Made by a program: the position numbers and the translations under genes | Assembly: GCA_030141605.1 (NCBI GenBank) | Contig: JAQGDQ010000230.1 | Coordinates: 186,001-250,000 of the forward strand | Length of the DNA stretch: 64,000 nucleotides | Reading direction: 5' to 3' | DNA from: Tubiluchus corallicola | Lineage: Eukaryota > Animalia > Priapulida | Part shown: positions 38,101 through 52,654 of the stretch, piece after piece | How the letters are laid out: each line of letters starts with the position of its first letter | How positions within the stretch are numbered: the first letter of the stretch is position 1 | The notes under the pieces: generated by a model | Database searches by the model: none | Told to the model about the DNA's origin: nothing | What the model saw: the letters and a program-made list of their open reading frames with translations, nothing else

Positions 38101-40391
38101 ACAACACAGCTCGTACTCTGCACTGAATACCAATCAGTTGGTCTTTAGTTACTGATTGGGGAAAAAAGCAAGCGATTTGATGCAACTAAAGCGACAGTAA
38201 AGGTAACAAACTAAGCAATCATTATAAAGCTAAAGAATAATAAACAAAAAAGAATAATCTGATAGAAAAATTAGGGTAGAAATAAATGTTAGAAATAAAA
38301 TGAATGAGAAAGATAAGGTCTTTCTTCAGAGATATTAGGCAAATTAATTATTTTAATTAATCTTAAGCAATGAAAATGTAACCTGCCATAAGCTGTTGTA
38401 AAACATACTCAGTTGTTTTAGCAAAACAAACGAGCACCGAGTGATTATTCTGTATAGTGCAACCATGTGACATTAAGCTAACAAAATTTACTTCCCATAA
38501 ACTACATCTGACTGCAATACTAATAATTTAAAACCATTACTGAGTTCCAAGACAAAATATGCAGATGTCCACTGAAAGCAATTTCTTTGAGATGGCGGTA
38601 ATGACAATGAAGGCTGTCATTATCGTGATACCGTCAGCTAAAGTGGTCAGCACATATTGGTGTTTGCGGCGGTTTTTACGATTTTGCAGGTTTCGCGTTC
38701 GCAGACGGTTTTACCTGTCCAAAATTACCTATGCATTATGGCTTCGCAGTCACGCCTGACTAACTATTATCATCAAAGTCAACACACTCTAAGCTACGCC
38801 GGACAACAAAGCAAACTTCATCTTACTCCTATGTACACTGTAACCGACGAATTCGTAATTTCTACACAAACATATCAAGTCGTGGAGAAGCCGTTGATAA
38901 AACAAAACTGGTTAGTCTACTTGGGACAAGTGAGGAGGACTTTACGCAGGACATCTCTGTCAACAAACAATAATGGTAATCTCTGTTGGCTGATAGGTAG
39001 ATTCAATGATCTCTTTACGGCCGTTGGTAAACAAGCGCGGCACGCGGCAGCGTGAAACAAAAGACACAGTTTCATAGTTAAGGAGTTAAGTTAACGATTC
39101 TTGGATATAACAAAAAACAAACAAACAAATCAGCAATGAGCTACAATTATCTTTTTTCATCACTTACATACGTGGGTATTGCTAATAACATATATTTGCA
39201 AAGCTTCTACGTCAAGCAGATTGCGCGATTACTGGTGTAGCACCTTTTATATGTAACAAATATAGCCTACAATAACTGCTTGTGGTGTGTTATAAAATAC
39301 ACGCTTTACGTGATTTTGAAAGAACAGGCACTTTCTGATGAGAATAAATATTTTTAATAATGAGTCCCAAAAATCTGGTGCCTCTCAAAGTTGTGGAGCT
39401 CTAGAATACAACCTAGTTAGACCTTTGGTAAACCTCGTCTCATCTTAGGGAATTGTCCTTGGTAATGATCTAGATCTTGGTTCCTGCTCAACCAATCATC
39501 TAAGGTGAGTTTCCACCTCCACCATCCGCCTCATCCATCCACTTAAGTAGGTTGTGAATACTAGACAACGTGTATAACAGCAATATGTGAATCAAGAATA
39601 TAAGAACTATTTTTTAGATTTTTTATCGTTGTACAAGTTAAAAGAAGTATGATTATTAGGTATACATTTTTGCATACTGGCCTAGCACGTATAGAATTAT
39701 TCTCGTATCGTCAGCAAATTATTCCCGTGCACTTGTTTCTAACAACGTCTAAGCTAGTGCACGATTATTAAGTCAGTAATCAAAGCTCTCCCTCGCAGTA
39801 ATTCAACCGCAAATTGCGCCTGTCCCACGTTACATCATAGACTATAATGGGTAGATAATGTCTGTATTAACTCGGTTCTGTCTTTTAGCATGAAATTACC
39901 CGGCGAGGACATGGGCTGATGGCGTAATTGCAATAACGCAAGACATATGAAGCCATGAACTTTACGGACTGCATATAAATGGAGGGAATGGAAATTCGTT
40001 TAACATGGCTTCCTGCCCCGTGGCAATGTAAGAGGAAATTAGTTGCGAGGTCTCGACTGACGATTGTTGATGTCAATGATTCACTAAACGTGTTCTTAGG
40101 GAAACCAGGTATAATAGAGATGAAGTCATGGCCATAGAGTGCGAAGGGTAATGTGGGGTTACAAAAAGAGAGGAAAGAAAGAAATTCGTTTGACTGATTT
40201 TACCTAAATCTTTATTTTGAACAATGTTCACGTCAAATTCACAGTATCAACAGCAAATTACTTAATACGTATAACACACCTTTAAAAACAAAATGCAACG
40301 TACCTAGAAATTAGGTATCAATATGAAAGTGGACACATATTGATACTATTCTGCAGTCAAATTACTCTCATTTACATGGTAAGACAAGCGG

Positions 40392-40398
40392 AAAAAAG

Positions 40399-40459
<61 letters not shown>
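40392..40459. repeat. (AAAG)n/(AG)n microsatellite
   Basis: seen directly. Confidence 0.95.
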
Positions 40460-40463
<4 letters not shown>

Positions 40464-42709
40464 AAATTTATAAAAATAAACAAACGAGAGAAAATGTCAG
40501 TAGAAAAAATTTCTAGTACGTTAACCTACAAATTATTATGAATACCTTAAACATATCACAAAATGTTTCATGTGTCTCAAAAGAACTGAATACATTACTA
40601 GAAAGCAGCTGGACGAAAAAACCAGCTAATTTTCATATACAACGTTAAAGCTAAAACAAATTTCTGGCTTTATTTTTCGTAAGACGTGGAGTTTTTATTG
40701 ATGTATTTTATCAACTAGAATGATTATAGAAAAGCACATAAAATGATGATGACGGTGGTGCATTTTTGAAAAGACAGCAAGAATCGCCCAGTAAATTTTC
40801 GTATCAGCCTAAGCTCCTACGACAGGCGGCTTATAATCATCAGTAATACGTCTTGTCCGGGGGTATTAACTTCAGGAATACATTCCATATTGATGTGAAC
40901 ACGAACACCCGAAACGGATTGCCATTTCTCTAATCAATTATGTATAGTGGCGCATGCATCTCATGTAAATCAGAAATTTCTAGTTTCTTTTGCAGGTTTA
41001 GCCGTTGCAAATCTTGCTGCAAAATAAGTAGCGACCAGGATATGATATAGTTACAAAATGTATTACAATTTTACCAGGTAACCAAAAACAGAAGCCGAAT
41101 GTAAACAACAGCAATAGTAGCAGTAACAGTAGCAGAATACCAGGAGCAGCAACAGCAGCAGCAGCAGTGATTGTAGGAAAAGCAACAGTACAATTCATTT
41201 CAGGAACAGAAGTAGGAGTGGCAGCTAAGGAACTGAAACATCAGGAAAACGATACGATTCATGAAGACGATCATGAAACTAATGAAGAATGGCGGGGACA
41301 GAAAGCAGTTATGTATACTGCACATTTGAAAATTAGAAGATTATTTTCCATGCACAGTCTGCCAGCGCTTTTAACTTGACCATAAACAATGAACAGCACT
41401 TGCTATAAATATAATAACTAAAATTAAAAGCATTTTAATTTAGTAATTAAAATTAACAATTTAAAAATGTTTTAGTGCTACAGCTTGGAAAGCAACTATA
41501 GATGATACAAGCACCGTATTAAAGTATCTTAACTGATGCAAATTATTGCTTTTAAATTTTCGTTAAATTTATGTTACCATCGCTGGCATATTAGCAGCAG
41601 CTGCAGGTTGCTAAGCTGCAACGTTAGCCTGTAAATCAGCGTCTCTGCATCTTCCGCTAATATCGCTCTTTTCTACAGAGCTGCAGCCTCCTCGCCTCCG
41701 GGTTTTGCACATGCAGCTCGCTTTCAGACCCAAACCAAAATTGCCTCTAATTACATGGTTGTCACACTTAAACGTCAGTTCTATCAACGCTAAATGACCG
41801 AGCAGAGCTTTACGAGCAGTCAGACACATACAGCTAAGTTTAAGTTGTAGTTATCACTGTATTCAGATTATGCAATATGATGAATGATTACAGACCATGC
41901 AGGGACTAACGAGTTAAGATTAATTATGGTTGCTTACGTCTATTCTTGGTTATGGCTTTAGTCATAGTCAAGAATAGAAACTATTTTGCATTGTTATTAA
42001 TGATAAGAAATATTGAAAGACTTGTTTAGCCCATAATACATACGGACTTACTACAATTATAAGCTTATTATGTTACCTTTTGAAATAACGTATAAAAGAT
42101 CAATAACAAAATTACAGAATTTACAAGAATTATAGATAATCAATAAAAACTTGAGAAGTAAAAAAGATTATTTCAGTATAATATTCGCACTGTCGTCATG
42201 CGCGAAAGAGGAAAACATGCACAATGTCGCTAAAATAAAGGGTCTTACTTTATTTGTTTATAATACACGTTTAACACAAATTACAAACCCACTAAAGAAC
42301 TGAATCACTAAAACTGCAAAAATCACATTGGAGAAAGCCACTTAGTAAAGCACAGAGATACCTGCTACGGAATCAGAAACACGCACATTGCAGTTTTCAG
42401 ACTTAATACATTTTGTGCCTTTGATTCCTTTGGTTTTTCCGTACTGCTGTGAAATCTAATGATCGTAATTTCTTGCGTTATAATTACTATAAAAAAACTA
42501 ACTAATATTCAGCTGTTTTTATTAATGGGTAAACTTTTCCATTTTTCCACTGATGACCGCAAATACCTCAAAATGATTTTCACTATCTACATCACCATCG
42601 CGAATTTGTTTATTTGTTCGATAGGGTAATACATGTCTTTTAGTGCATTAAATTTTTAGTTGTTTTCATGATGAAGGTGTTTTATTAAAAACATGTTTAC
42701 GGCGTTCAG

Positions 42710-42793
42710 TTATTATTATTATTATTATTATTATTATGATGAGGATTATCATCATCATCATCATCATCATCACCACCATCATCATTATTATTG
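42710..42793. repeat. compound (ATT)n/(ATC)n microsatellite
   Basis: seen directly. Confidence 0.93.
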
Positions 42794-43982
42794 TTGATGA
42801 CTGAGGATACATATTATCCAACAGAGAAGTTTCAAACACACCTCCTAAAAAAGAAAAACATCTCAACTGTCTGAATACTTTAGTGTACAGTATAGTAAGA
42901 CGAGTGTTGACAGTTCGTGACCGAGTGAATGTATAAATGATTTATTTTAGACTACAATACCACGACTTGACGGACTTGTCTGTGAACTTATAGAAGGGCA
43001 TGTAGGTGCAAGGCTGTATCTTTTTAAAAAAAATGAGAAATTTAATGCTTTCTTCAAATTGTTTAAGAAGAAAAACGCATTAAAATAAACTCTTCGTGTA
43101 TTTGTCATTAATTTTGATACGTGCATTTCCTTTGTACTTGTTTTGTAAGCAGAATAAATACACGCCATCATTGTAGCAGAATGTGTGGACACGCATGAGA
43201 AAAAAAGAAATCTACAAAGGGAACAGCGCGTATTTTGCTGAAATCAGTAAAACATAACATTAATCGATAACAATTGCTTACACTATCAAAAAATTATAAC
43301 TAAGATTTCACAATTTTTCTGTATTTGCTAACAATTGTGTCTAAGAAAAAATTTGCAAGAAAGAACGTTAACATTTTTACGAAAATTAATGGAAAAATTC
43401 TGAATTACGATAATTAATTTAGCCCAAGCACTGTCCAGCCGATTTAAAGCATACATGCTTTTTGTTTCATGAGTTTCTATGAGTTAGAGAGTAGAGCATT
43501 TAGAGTCATAAGTACATGACTGGGAACGTAGAGAGAGGTTGAATATCTATTTGTACTGAATACAGTGTCATGTGCAAATTTTATAATTGCTTGCAGACTA
43601 ACATGCAGAAATAAAACAAGTACATATCCCACATACAATAAATATAGATATTAATCAAGGCTTGTATTAGGCCTAATTATCACTATCAACTAAACGTAGG
43701 CTTAATTGCCGTCATAATATTTTTAGCAGTGGTTACGCCATACCAATTATAGCTCTCGATGCTGCAAGTAAACACGATAATAATGCACGTGTGTACACAA
43801 ACACGGGCTGTCTGACGGGCGAACTTTCGAAGCTTTTTATTCAGGTTAATCAATAGTTGAAGAAGAAAGGCAAACAGCGAGTTAGTTTATTTTCCAGTTG
43901 TGGTAAAGTCAACACAACTCGTATCCAAATAAAAATCTAATATTGGAGGACTGCGACGCTGCTGTAGAGGAGAGCATGATTA

Positions 43983-44155
43983 CTCTCTGCCTGGGTTTAC
44001 ATTTGGTCTTATCTGTTGGTGGAAGGCAGATGTGGAGAAAACGCGTTCTCAACAGAAGTCTGTAGACGTGGCTAAATGATGGAGAAGTCGCAAGATTTCT
44101 GGTGATTCTGGGTGAATGAGTGTGTTTTTGGATTAACTACCAATCTTGCAAGAGT
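43983..44155 (-). mobile_element. decayed hAT transposase C-terminal dimerisation-domain fragment
   Basis: minus strand reads HPESPEILRLLHHLATSTDFC*ERVFSTSAFHQQIRPNVNPGRE (ERVFST at 44048-44031), with LQDW* upstream in an adjacent frame; matches hAT pattern PLxWW...FPxLxxxAxxLLxIPATSxxxERxFS...RxxLxP. Confidence 0.6.
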
Positions 44156-46692
44156 TCTGAGGCACTCCCATGATTTGCCCTTTTCATTTCAATGCAGAAA
44201 ATGAAAGACATCGAGGGCGTGCAGAGATCCGAAAGAATAGGATTTCAAGGTATTGTACATTTAGTGCTTTCAGGCGTTTTGGCGGTGTTCGTAGCTCAGT
44301 CCAACCAGTAGACAATACAGAAATCAATGTAAATTATGTGATATCATGTAGCGCTACATCACGTGACCATATTGCTTGTTTACAGACCAAAACAATAAGT
44401 AATTTTAAATTCTTTATTTGGTTCATTGATACTTCAGTTCATAGGTCATTCTTCAAACATATCTTTACTCCTAGCAAACCGATAACAAAGGACACCATGT
44501 TGAAATCATAGACGTAATGTTTCCGCTGCAGAAGGAAGCCATATCAGCGTGTTCAGTGCACTCACAGATTTCACCTAATAATTTTACAGGCTTCTTGTGG
44601 TTTTTGGAAATGCTTTTTAGTTCTTTATTAAAATTAAAATTTGTGAGACCTCCTACCAATACAGTTTTTGGCTATAGCCTACAGTGGATCTTTATGCAGG
44701 AAGTAAGAATATGGCGTCCTTGCAACATGGCAGTCATACAACCCCATACGAAGGTGTGAGGAAGTTAGCATAATGAAATATATTGCATGTGAGCTACATA
44801 TTTACCTCGAGACTCGGATGTCAAGATCACAAGGTCAAAAATGTGAAACAACATTATTAGGCTGATGGTCATACTACTTAAATCTACTACAATGGCGTAA
44901 ACTTGGCACAGGGATAGTAGCAGACGGCCATATTGCTAAATTTACTATGGGATGTCAAAATGAACTTTTGTCCATATAATGATTTCATGTGAATTCTTTA
45001 ATCTGCGCATCTATTGCGGGTCTTGTTTTTACGTGAAATCTACTTTGATGGTATTTTAGAAATGATTTGTCCATCGAATTTTGCTTTTCATTTATAGTCT
45101 GAGTATTCACCTGAAATGTTAATTGTTTTGTTTAACTCTTATCATTCATACACATTTGGAGTTTGATTTTGTGCATTTCTATGCCAAAAGTGCGTTTTCT
45201 ACTTCATTAAGCAACGGTCGCACTGAAGCTGCTGCTAGGATAGCTTACGCGTGTTTCTCCTAATTCTTCCATGGTGGGAGGAAAGCAATTAAACGGGAAC
45301 GTGTTGTACAATTTGCGTGCTAATTGTATCGCTTTCGCGCCGTTAATTAGGTGGAATAAAATCAACAAAGTGTGATATAACGCGTTCTCCAGCCTTTCTT
45401 CACACACGATCCTGCAGTAATTAAAATTAAGAGCCGTGTATGGATGGAGGCGGAACCATAATCTAGAAATCTAAACCAAAACTTCGCGCATCGTGTGCAC
45501 ACTTTTGTATACTGTATACTTTATACACATCTGTATACTTTTTCAGACTACTTTTTCCTATAAAACAGGAACAGTTGTTTAAGTAGTAAATTACTGACGT
45601 AAGCTTGTTGTCCTCGAAACTGCCTTAGGCTGTTACTTTAAACAAGAGAGATATCCCATACTGCATGTTATAGCACTCTTAATGATGTCTGCCCAATTTG
45701 ATGGCATAAAAAGCCTCTAACTCTATTAAACTGTATTCACAGATAAGCCAAGTTTAGCTTTTTTGTGTAACTACAGAAACACTGAGTTGTAATATCAACG
45801 GTTTCATGGCACATCTTTAATATGAAAAGTGAAGCAACGGCGAAAATTACAAATCCGATTATTTACTAGAACTATTTAAGTGACTTTTATAGGTTCACCT
45901 TCTTTAAAAGTGGTTGTTGTTCTATTCAGGCTGTTCACTGACCACACTAGCTGCACATTGAACGTGTTCATTAAATTTGGCCATACTTTCACAATTGCTT
46001 GAGATATTTTGGTCAAACTCACACAGGAAGAGAATGTTGCAAGTCAGTGACAAACAGCAATAATAAGCAAGCAGATGTGTAGAAGCAAAATCGACTATTG
46101 GAAATTTTAAGCGCACAAAAAGAAAATAAATTTTTTTGTCGTTGAGGCATTGAAAATAAAACAGCATGCATTCAAACGAATATAGAGAAATAAACTGTAT
46201 GTAATGCGAATAATAGAGAAAACATTTCCACGTATCAGGGCGGTAATTATATGTATATTTATGCTAAATTCAGTAAAAGAATAAAATAAATTTGAGTAGA
46301 AACAACATAGGCGGAAAATTTACGCGATTTGCGTTATCGTGTTTTGCAACAAACAAAACAATTTTCTAAATGTACTTCTAACATCTAAACCTAAAAATGC
46401 TATATTTAATTAAATTACATCACACTGAAAACAAATTTACGGTATAAATGTATTACAGTACATAGGTTTGAAGAAACCTTCGTACATGAGGTCACCAATA
46501 GAAATACTTTGATATACAATGCCTCAACTGCATGTGTGTGATATTGGTACAAGTTTTATAAGTTCACATATATGAAGTTCACACACCGAGAAGATAACTG
46601 GGGAACTTGCTGGTCCAGCATGATGGTCCAGGTGGTTAGGAAATGAGTCGAAATTGCACTGCTGGCAGCGTTTGCCTGAGAGTCAAGATATC

Positions 46693-47682
46693 CACAGCAT
46701 GAATATTACCACAAAATGTATATTTCGTTTCATAAAAACAATTTTGAATCAATCAAAAATTATAAGGCGGTCTGAAAATCATAATCATCTGACAAACTCA
46801 TTGTTCTTCTGAAGATCAAATTTAGGGCCTTCGAAATTTCCCTTATTCAAACTGCGATATTAAATCCAATTGCACATGAGACGAATGTAGCTTTGACCAT
46901 ACTCAATACTACAAAACGAAAGAATACTTTAACAAAATAGTACATCGTATGTGGATAAGGTGAGATATATGTTCAGGTTCTTCACTTTGTTACACATTTT
47001 TATTACACAAATTTGGTTTTTTAATAAAATGGTATAACCGAAAAATGGCTGCCATCTAGAAACTGATTTTGTTTCTTCACTGAAAAGACCTAATTTGACG
47101 ACGTGCAATACAGACAAGATGAAATGGTTGATACCTAAAAGCATTATACGACACGTCTTTGAGATTGGTACAGACAACCAGCTTTTTCACAGCATGAATA
47201 TTACCACAAAATGTATATTTCGTTTCATAAAAACAATTTTGAATCAATCAAAAATTATAAGGCGGTCTGAAAATCATAATCATCTGACAAACTCATTGTT
47301 CTTCTGAAGATCAAATTTAGGGCCTTCGAAATTTCCCTTATTCAAACTGCGATATTAAATCCATTTGCACATGAGACGAATGTAGCTTTGACCATACTCA
47401 ATACTACAAAACGAAAGAATACTTTAACAAAATAGTACATCGTATGTGGATAAGGTGAGATATATGTTCAGGTTCTTCACTTTGTTACACATTTTTATTA
47501 CACAAATTTGGTTTTTTAATAAAATGGTATAACCGAAAAATGGCTGCCATCTAGAAACTGATTTTGTTTCTTCACTGAAAAGACCTAATTTGACGACGTG
47601 CAATACAGACAAGATGAAATGGTTGATACCTAAAAGCATTATACGACACGTCTTTGAGATTGGTACAGACAACCAGCTTTTT
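46693..47682 (+). repeat. 495-bp head-to-tail tandem duplication (46693-47187 / 47188-47682)
   Basis: both copies begin cacagcatgaatattacc and end aaccagcttttt; one mismatch noticed (46869 A vs 47364 T). Confidence 0.97.
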
Positions 47683-50600
47683 GTAAACACTTTTAATCAC
47701 GGCAGAGAGAAGTGCTGATGTCAAGACTAAGCAAGGTTGTGTTGTGGGTCAAAATTTTAACTGCGGTGTAGTACTGAAGGAATTTCTATGTTACGGAGAA
47801 ACGCACGTAATGTCGTATACGCAGTCAGTTAACGAGGCATACCTTTAATTGTTCGTGACATTGATCTACTGTTTTAGTAGTCCAGAACTAGAAGAAAATA
47901 AGAAAAAGAAAATGTATTATTATGTGATCAGTCGTTAAAGTTACAAATTAATTGCATCAGACACTACAGTTTACATAAAACGAATTCCGAGTTCTGGAGA
48001 AACCGAACTATGGTCTATGGTCAATGCTGAAAAAAGACCTGTACAGACGATACAATATAATAAAAACATACAAAAAACATGCAGAAGTAAAATTACGATA
48101 CATATAAATAATTGTGCATATTATTTAGCACAATTGTGCAATACAGCCTCTCGATCAATGTTGTACAACAGCGTCAAATTTTTAGTTAACCACACAAGAT
48201 TACGGACTTTGTAAGATGCTATGTAAGTTAGTAAATTTATGTACTTAAGATTTGCATTATCAAAAATGTTTACGCGCAATTAAAAATACTTGTTTAAAAA
48301 TTAAGTTTTTATTTACATTTATACTGACGTCTGTATAATTTTATGTGATTTACATAAACCATGCATACTTAAAGGCGAAATGTAATTAATTTCGATTAAA
48401 TTTGCTGATTTTTGTGTTTCTGCTCGTCACTTGCTAACCTGAAATTTTTTTAATGTTTTAAATTGCAGGTAATTTGTAGTTACAGATCGGCAAAAGGAAT
48501 TGGCTATTTTTAGCCTAGGGTGTATATTATTATTGTAACTTTGCATTTTAAACCTTTTTATGATTTATTTATATTAGCCTACGTTTTTAATGTTATAAAT
48601 ATATAAGGTATGAAGTTCGAAATAAGGAATTAATTCAAATCAAATCAAGTCGTTTTTGTTTTTGTTTTTCTCATTCTCCCTCGTTTAATCACTTTCGCTC
48701 TTTCGCTTGCTTCACTGCTATTTTATTGTTAACACATTTGTCTTTTCGGATTTGCGAACTGACAGATATATATCAGGATTACCAGAATAAAATTTCAATC
48801 CATTTGCTAGTTTAGTGTCAGCATTTTTTTGAAAATTCAACATCAGAGTTTTTCATAACGTACTGACTGCAGCATAGAAAATACCAAACTTAGCTTAGGA
48901 ATACACAGGAACTGTAACCCGACACAGGCATATTTTGAAAAGCTTGACTGCCATCCACAGTCACGTTTTCGTTTCGTTTCGTTTCGTTCGTGACAAGTAT
49001 AGGACGATGGACAACTTATCTATACTTAAATGTTTGCAGTAACGAGTACTGCGCGCAAATTTAATAACTGCGACTTTTGATTCATCTAACAAAATAGGAC
49101 TTTTTACGCGTAATAATCTTATCCTGATGGAATGGGAATAAAAGGACCAAACGTTTTCTCGCTGCTCATAAAAGCTTCAAGTTGGCGACATAAACTTTGG
49201 CGACCCAACTCGCATCCAGTAAGCTATCACTTACAGCGAAATTATGAAATTCTTCTCCTGTATTATACGTGATATGAAGTTAGTGAAAGGGTTCTATTGA
49301 TGCCACTGAGCGCTTATGTCAACAAGCCCTGGCTTGGGCTACAGCCTGCTGACGAGGTTTAATATTCGCGCCTGAATACAGAAACACCCAGGCGGAGAAA
49401 AATAACACACCTCTGACCCGCGTAGCCGAAACTTATACGACCCAAAAAGCAATTAATATGCATAAGTAAATAAATATTATGTTGCTGAGTTCCGTTGGCG
49501 GTGAATAAATACGAATAAATGTAGAGCGAATACCATACATGAAAGAGTTCACGCTTAGACGATGTTGACATAAGATGGAACATGATTGTATACGAAGCTG
49601 AATATCATCTGAATAAGAGGCTAAACTTTTCATTGGCCAAGTTTGCACCTGGCGCCATCCACGTGGCCAGACCTACTTATAAGTTAAATCGCATTACCTA
49701 CAACACATTAAATATTGATAAACAAGATTCTTTGAGTATAAACTGTTAACCGTTTCAGGTGTTTTTCTGTTTGTATGAAGTTTCTCGTCTTTTCAGACTT
49801 GTGTTTGCTGAACAAACTACTTAAATATGGCGCGGCAAGCCGATGCAATATTGTTTGCAAGAAATTACCCGTAATATTTATAGGATGTAATAAAGAGCTA
49901 TTGGTTTCTTGACTGCTGCGTCTGTGTGTCACATAATAATGGTTATAATCCAAAAAAAATTTTACCCGGCTGTGGGTGTTGTATGGGTTTTTACCTTCCG
50001 TTGCCCATCTTATTCCTTTAGATTTCTTAAATAAAATCATTTGTTTTTAAAAATAGAGTTTCTAGCACTGCGCTTTAGATTCTTCACTTAATATTTAATT
50101 GATTTAAACTCTTCAGATTGTAATCAACGAGTTTAAGCCAGCCATTGATTTATATGTACTATATCGAAGTAAATGGGTTCTTGCATGCCTGAGTAGATAA
50201 GACTAGTGACTCTACTCAACAAAGGCTAATCAAGTACGATTTAAACGAAATTCATGTAAAAAACGGCTTCGTTACGTTCTTTTTACTGGCAAAATATCAG
50301 ATTTCGATCATTTTTATTGTATATCACTTTATTTTACTTCTGCACCACAGTTCTTGTTAGTTTTCATTACATTGATTAACTTTATCAAAAATTGTCAAAA
50401 ATCACACAGTGTTTGTTAACAGTCAAGACGGGTCTGCGCTTGCCCCTTGTCTGCTGCTCTATTGTAAGCAAAATAACTTCTATTACCTGATAGTTTAGAG
50501 CCAGCCAACGATTATAAAGTTGTCTACATAGTATAACATAGACTGGAATTTCATCGTGAAATCATAAATCTATATTGTATTCAGACTTAGACAGGATGTG

Positions 50601-52415
50601 GGTAAAAACGTCGAGTTGGCTTGGCCGTGCTCGTGAATGTTACACCTTATTTTGCATGTTAAATTGAATTTGATGAAGAAACCCTGCTCGCAAGCGCGCA
50701 TAGCCAGTGCTCAACGCCCTGTAATTATATCATCATTCACTCAAAGAGTTCAGAATATGCAAATGAACCATGACGATGTATTTAGATTTATTCTGGATAT
50801 GTAATCCGGGCACTATTAACGCAGGATTATATTCCAGTTCTGGGAGTTATTACTAAGGAGAAGGTCAGATGATTTTTAATGTACTGTATAATATAGCGTA
50901 TAAACCTGTAACAATTAAATGTTTCAGTTTGCAATACTAAGTTGTAATGCGATATGCTCTGTATTAAACTGTGTTATATTTGACCGATATCGAATAATAT
51001 TTCGTAATTTGGGCTTTACATACATAAACAAGTAAACAAGTAAACAGACAAATAATTAGTATATAAGTGAACTACAAACTATGAACGAGGAATATTAACG
51101 AGGCTCATATGCTGGTGCCTTATACATTAACCCCTTAGCTCTTTACCTTTCTGCAACTCCTTGCTTTGAATGAATGTCATGCAGCGTTCTCTTTACACAC
51201 ATAGATCCAGAATAGTTGCTTACAAAGTTAGTTTTTCCCCTATGTCCTCCTCCTGTCAATGGAATTATTTTCTGGAAAACTCTTTACCTGTTATTTGCAA
51301 TCTCATACTTGTAGAAGAAAGTTAACAGAAATGATCCTAGAGTTTTGGGTCTATTCGGTTATATAGTATACCCGTGCTGCATAGATAAATAATTAAATGT
51401 GCCTTTTTAATTGGTCACCAAACCAACGAACAATCTACTAAATTCAAAATAAAACTTTAATCTTATCAACTGCCATCGTGTGAGGTTAGCGAAGTTTGCG
51501 TAATTGAGATATGAAAATAATGTTTTACCAATGAAAATACGAAATCATTTATTTTATTTTTGAAGCACTTGAAGCATGTCGGTGGATGGCTAGATTAATA
51601 TTTTGCTTCGGTCGTGTGACGGAATTAAAAGACAACATGAAACAGGAGGTTTGATCATGCAAAAAAATAAAATTATCTGAACTAAGAAGAACGAAGCTGC
51701 TGTCACTTGAGTTCATCTTACATTTCATGTTGTAAAATTCACATCATGAACGCGAAGCACTATATAAATGCCTAGACAGGTTAATAAAGTATTGTGATTG
51801 AAAGTGTTATTTCCATTTCATTAACATTTTATAAGTCTTAATTAATTTCCAAAAAAATCAATTCACTGAATCGCTTTTATGTAAATTTATATTCTAAATG
51901 TTATAAAAATGTGTCATTTTCCCTTCGCGAAATTTCCAGTCATTGCATGTTTTTAAAACTGAAATCGTTCACATACAGACTATATATATATAGGCCGTCA
52001 CTTCCACATTGGTGCGTTTTGCCTATCGTGTACGCCTAGCCAATTCAAACCATAATAACAGTTTTAATTAAAGTGCAATTAATTGCATGTATCACTCGTG
52101 ACGTAATCGACGCATTATCGTCAACCGTCTGTTGCCGTTATCGTATACATCACCGTCCTGTCAACACTCTGTTTGAAAATTTCAGACCAGATGCAGCCTA
52201 GACAATGAACTTGATCAGCTCTGTTTTCGCAAACCTGGACGAACTCAAAAAGACAAAAGTGAAAGAAACTGTAAAAAGGGACAGTAAAAGACAATTGTAA
52301 GAAAGACAATAGTAAAAACATAGTGGCAAAGAAAAATGGTAAATAAGGCAATGGTAATAAAGACAAAATTAAAAAAGCAAATTACAAAAACATAAGTAAA
52401 GTTATAAAAAAATCA

Positions 52416-52654
52416 AGATTTAAAAAAGACAACAATATTGAAAAAAGTTGGTAAAACGACAACAATATTGAAAAAAGTTGGTAAAACGACAACGGTAGAG
52501 ATTTAAAAAGACAACCATATTGAAAAAAATTGGTAAAACGACAACGATAGAGATTTAAAAAAGACAACAATATTGAAAAAAGTTGGTAAAACGACAACGA
52601 TAGAGATTTAAAAAAGACAACAATATTGAACAAAGTTGGTAAAACGACAACGAT
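52416..52654. repeat. two-monomer minisatellite (30-bp A and 22-23-bp B units)
   Basis: A=gacaacaatattgaaaaaagttggtaaaac, B=gacaacgatagagatttaaaaaa; order partial-B,A,A,B,A,B,A,B,A,partial-B. Confidence 0.93.

Noticed and set aside
44800-44960. MITE/HINE-like words (caaggtcaaaa, aaacttggcacag)
   Set aside because: Reminiscent of invertebrate non-autonomous elements, but no termini, TSD or second copy is visible
46929-47690. Duplicated 82/88-aa ORFs
   Set aside because: A consequence of the 495-bp duplication; non-ATG starts and no recognisable domain
52416-52654. CRISPR-like appearance (30-bp repeat alternating with ~23-bp segments)
   Set aside because: The would-be spacers are near-identical to each other, two repeats abut directly, no cas genes, eukaryotic context
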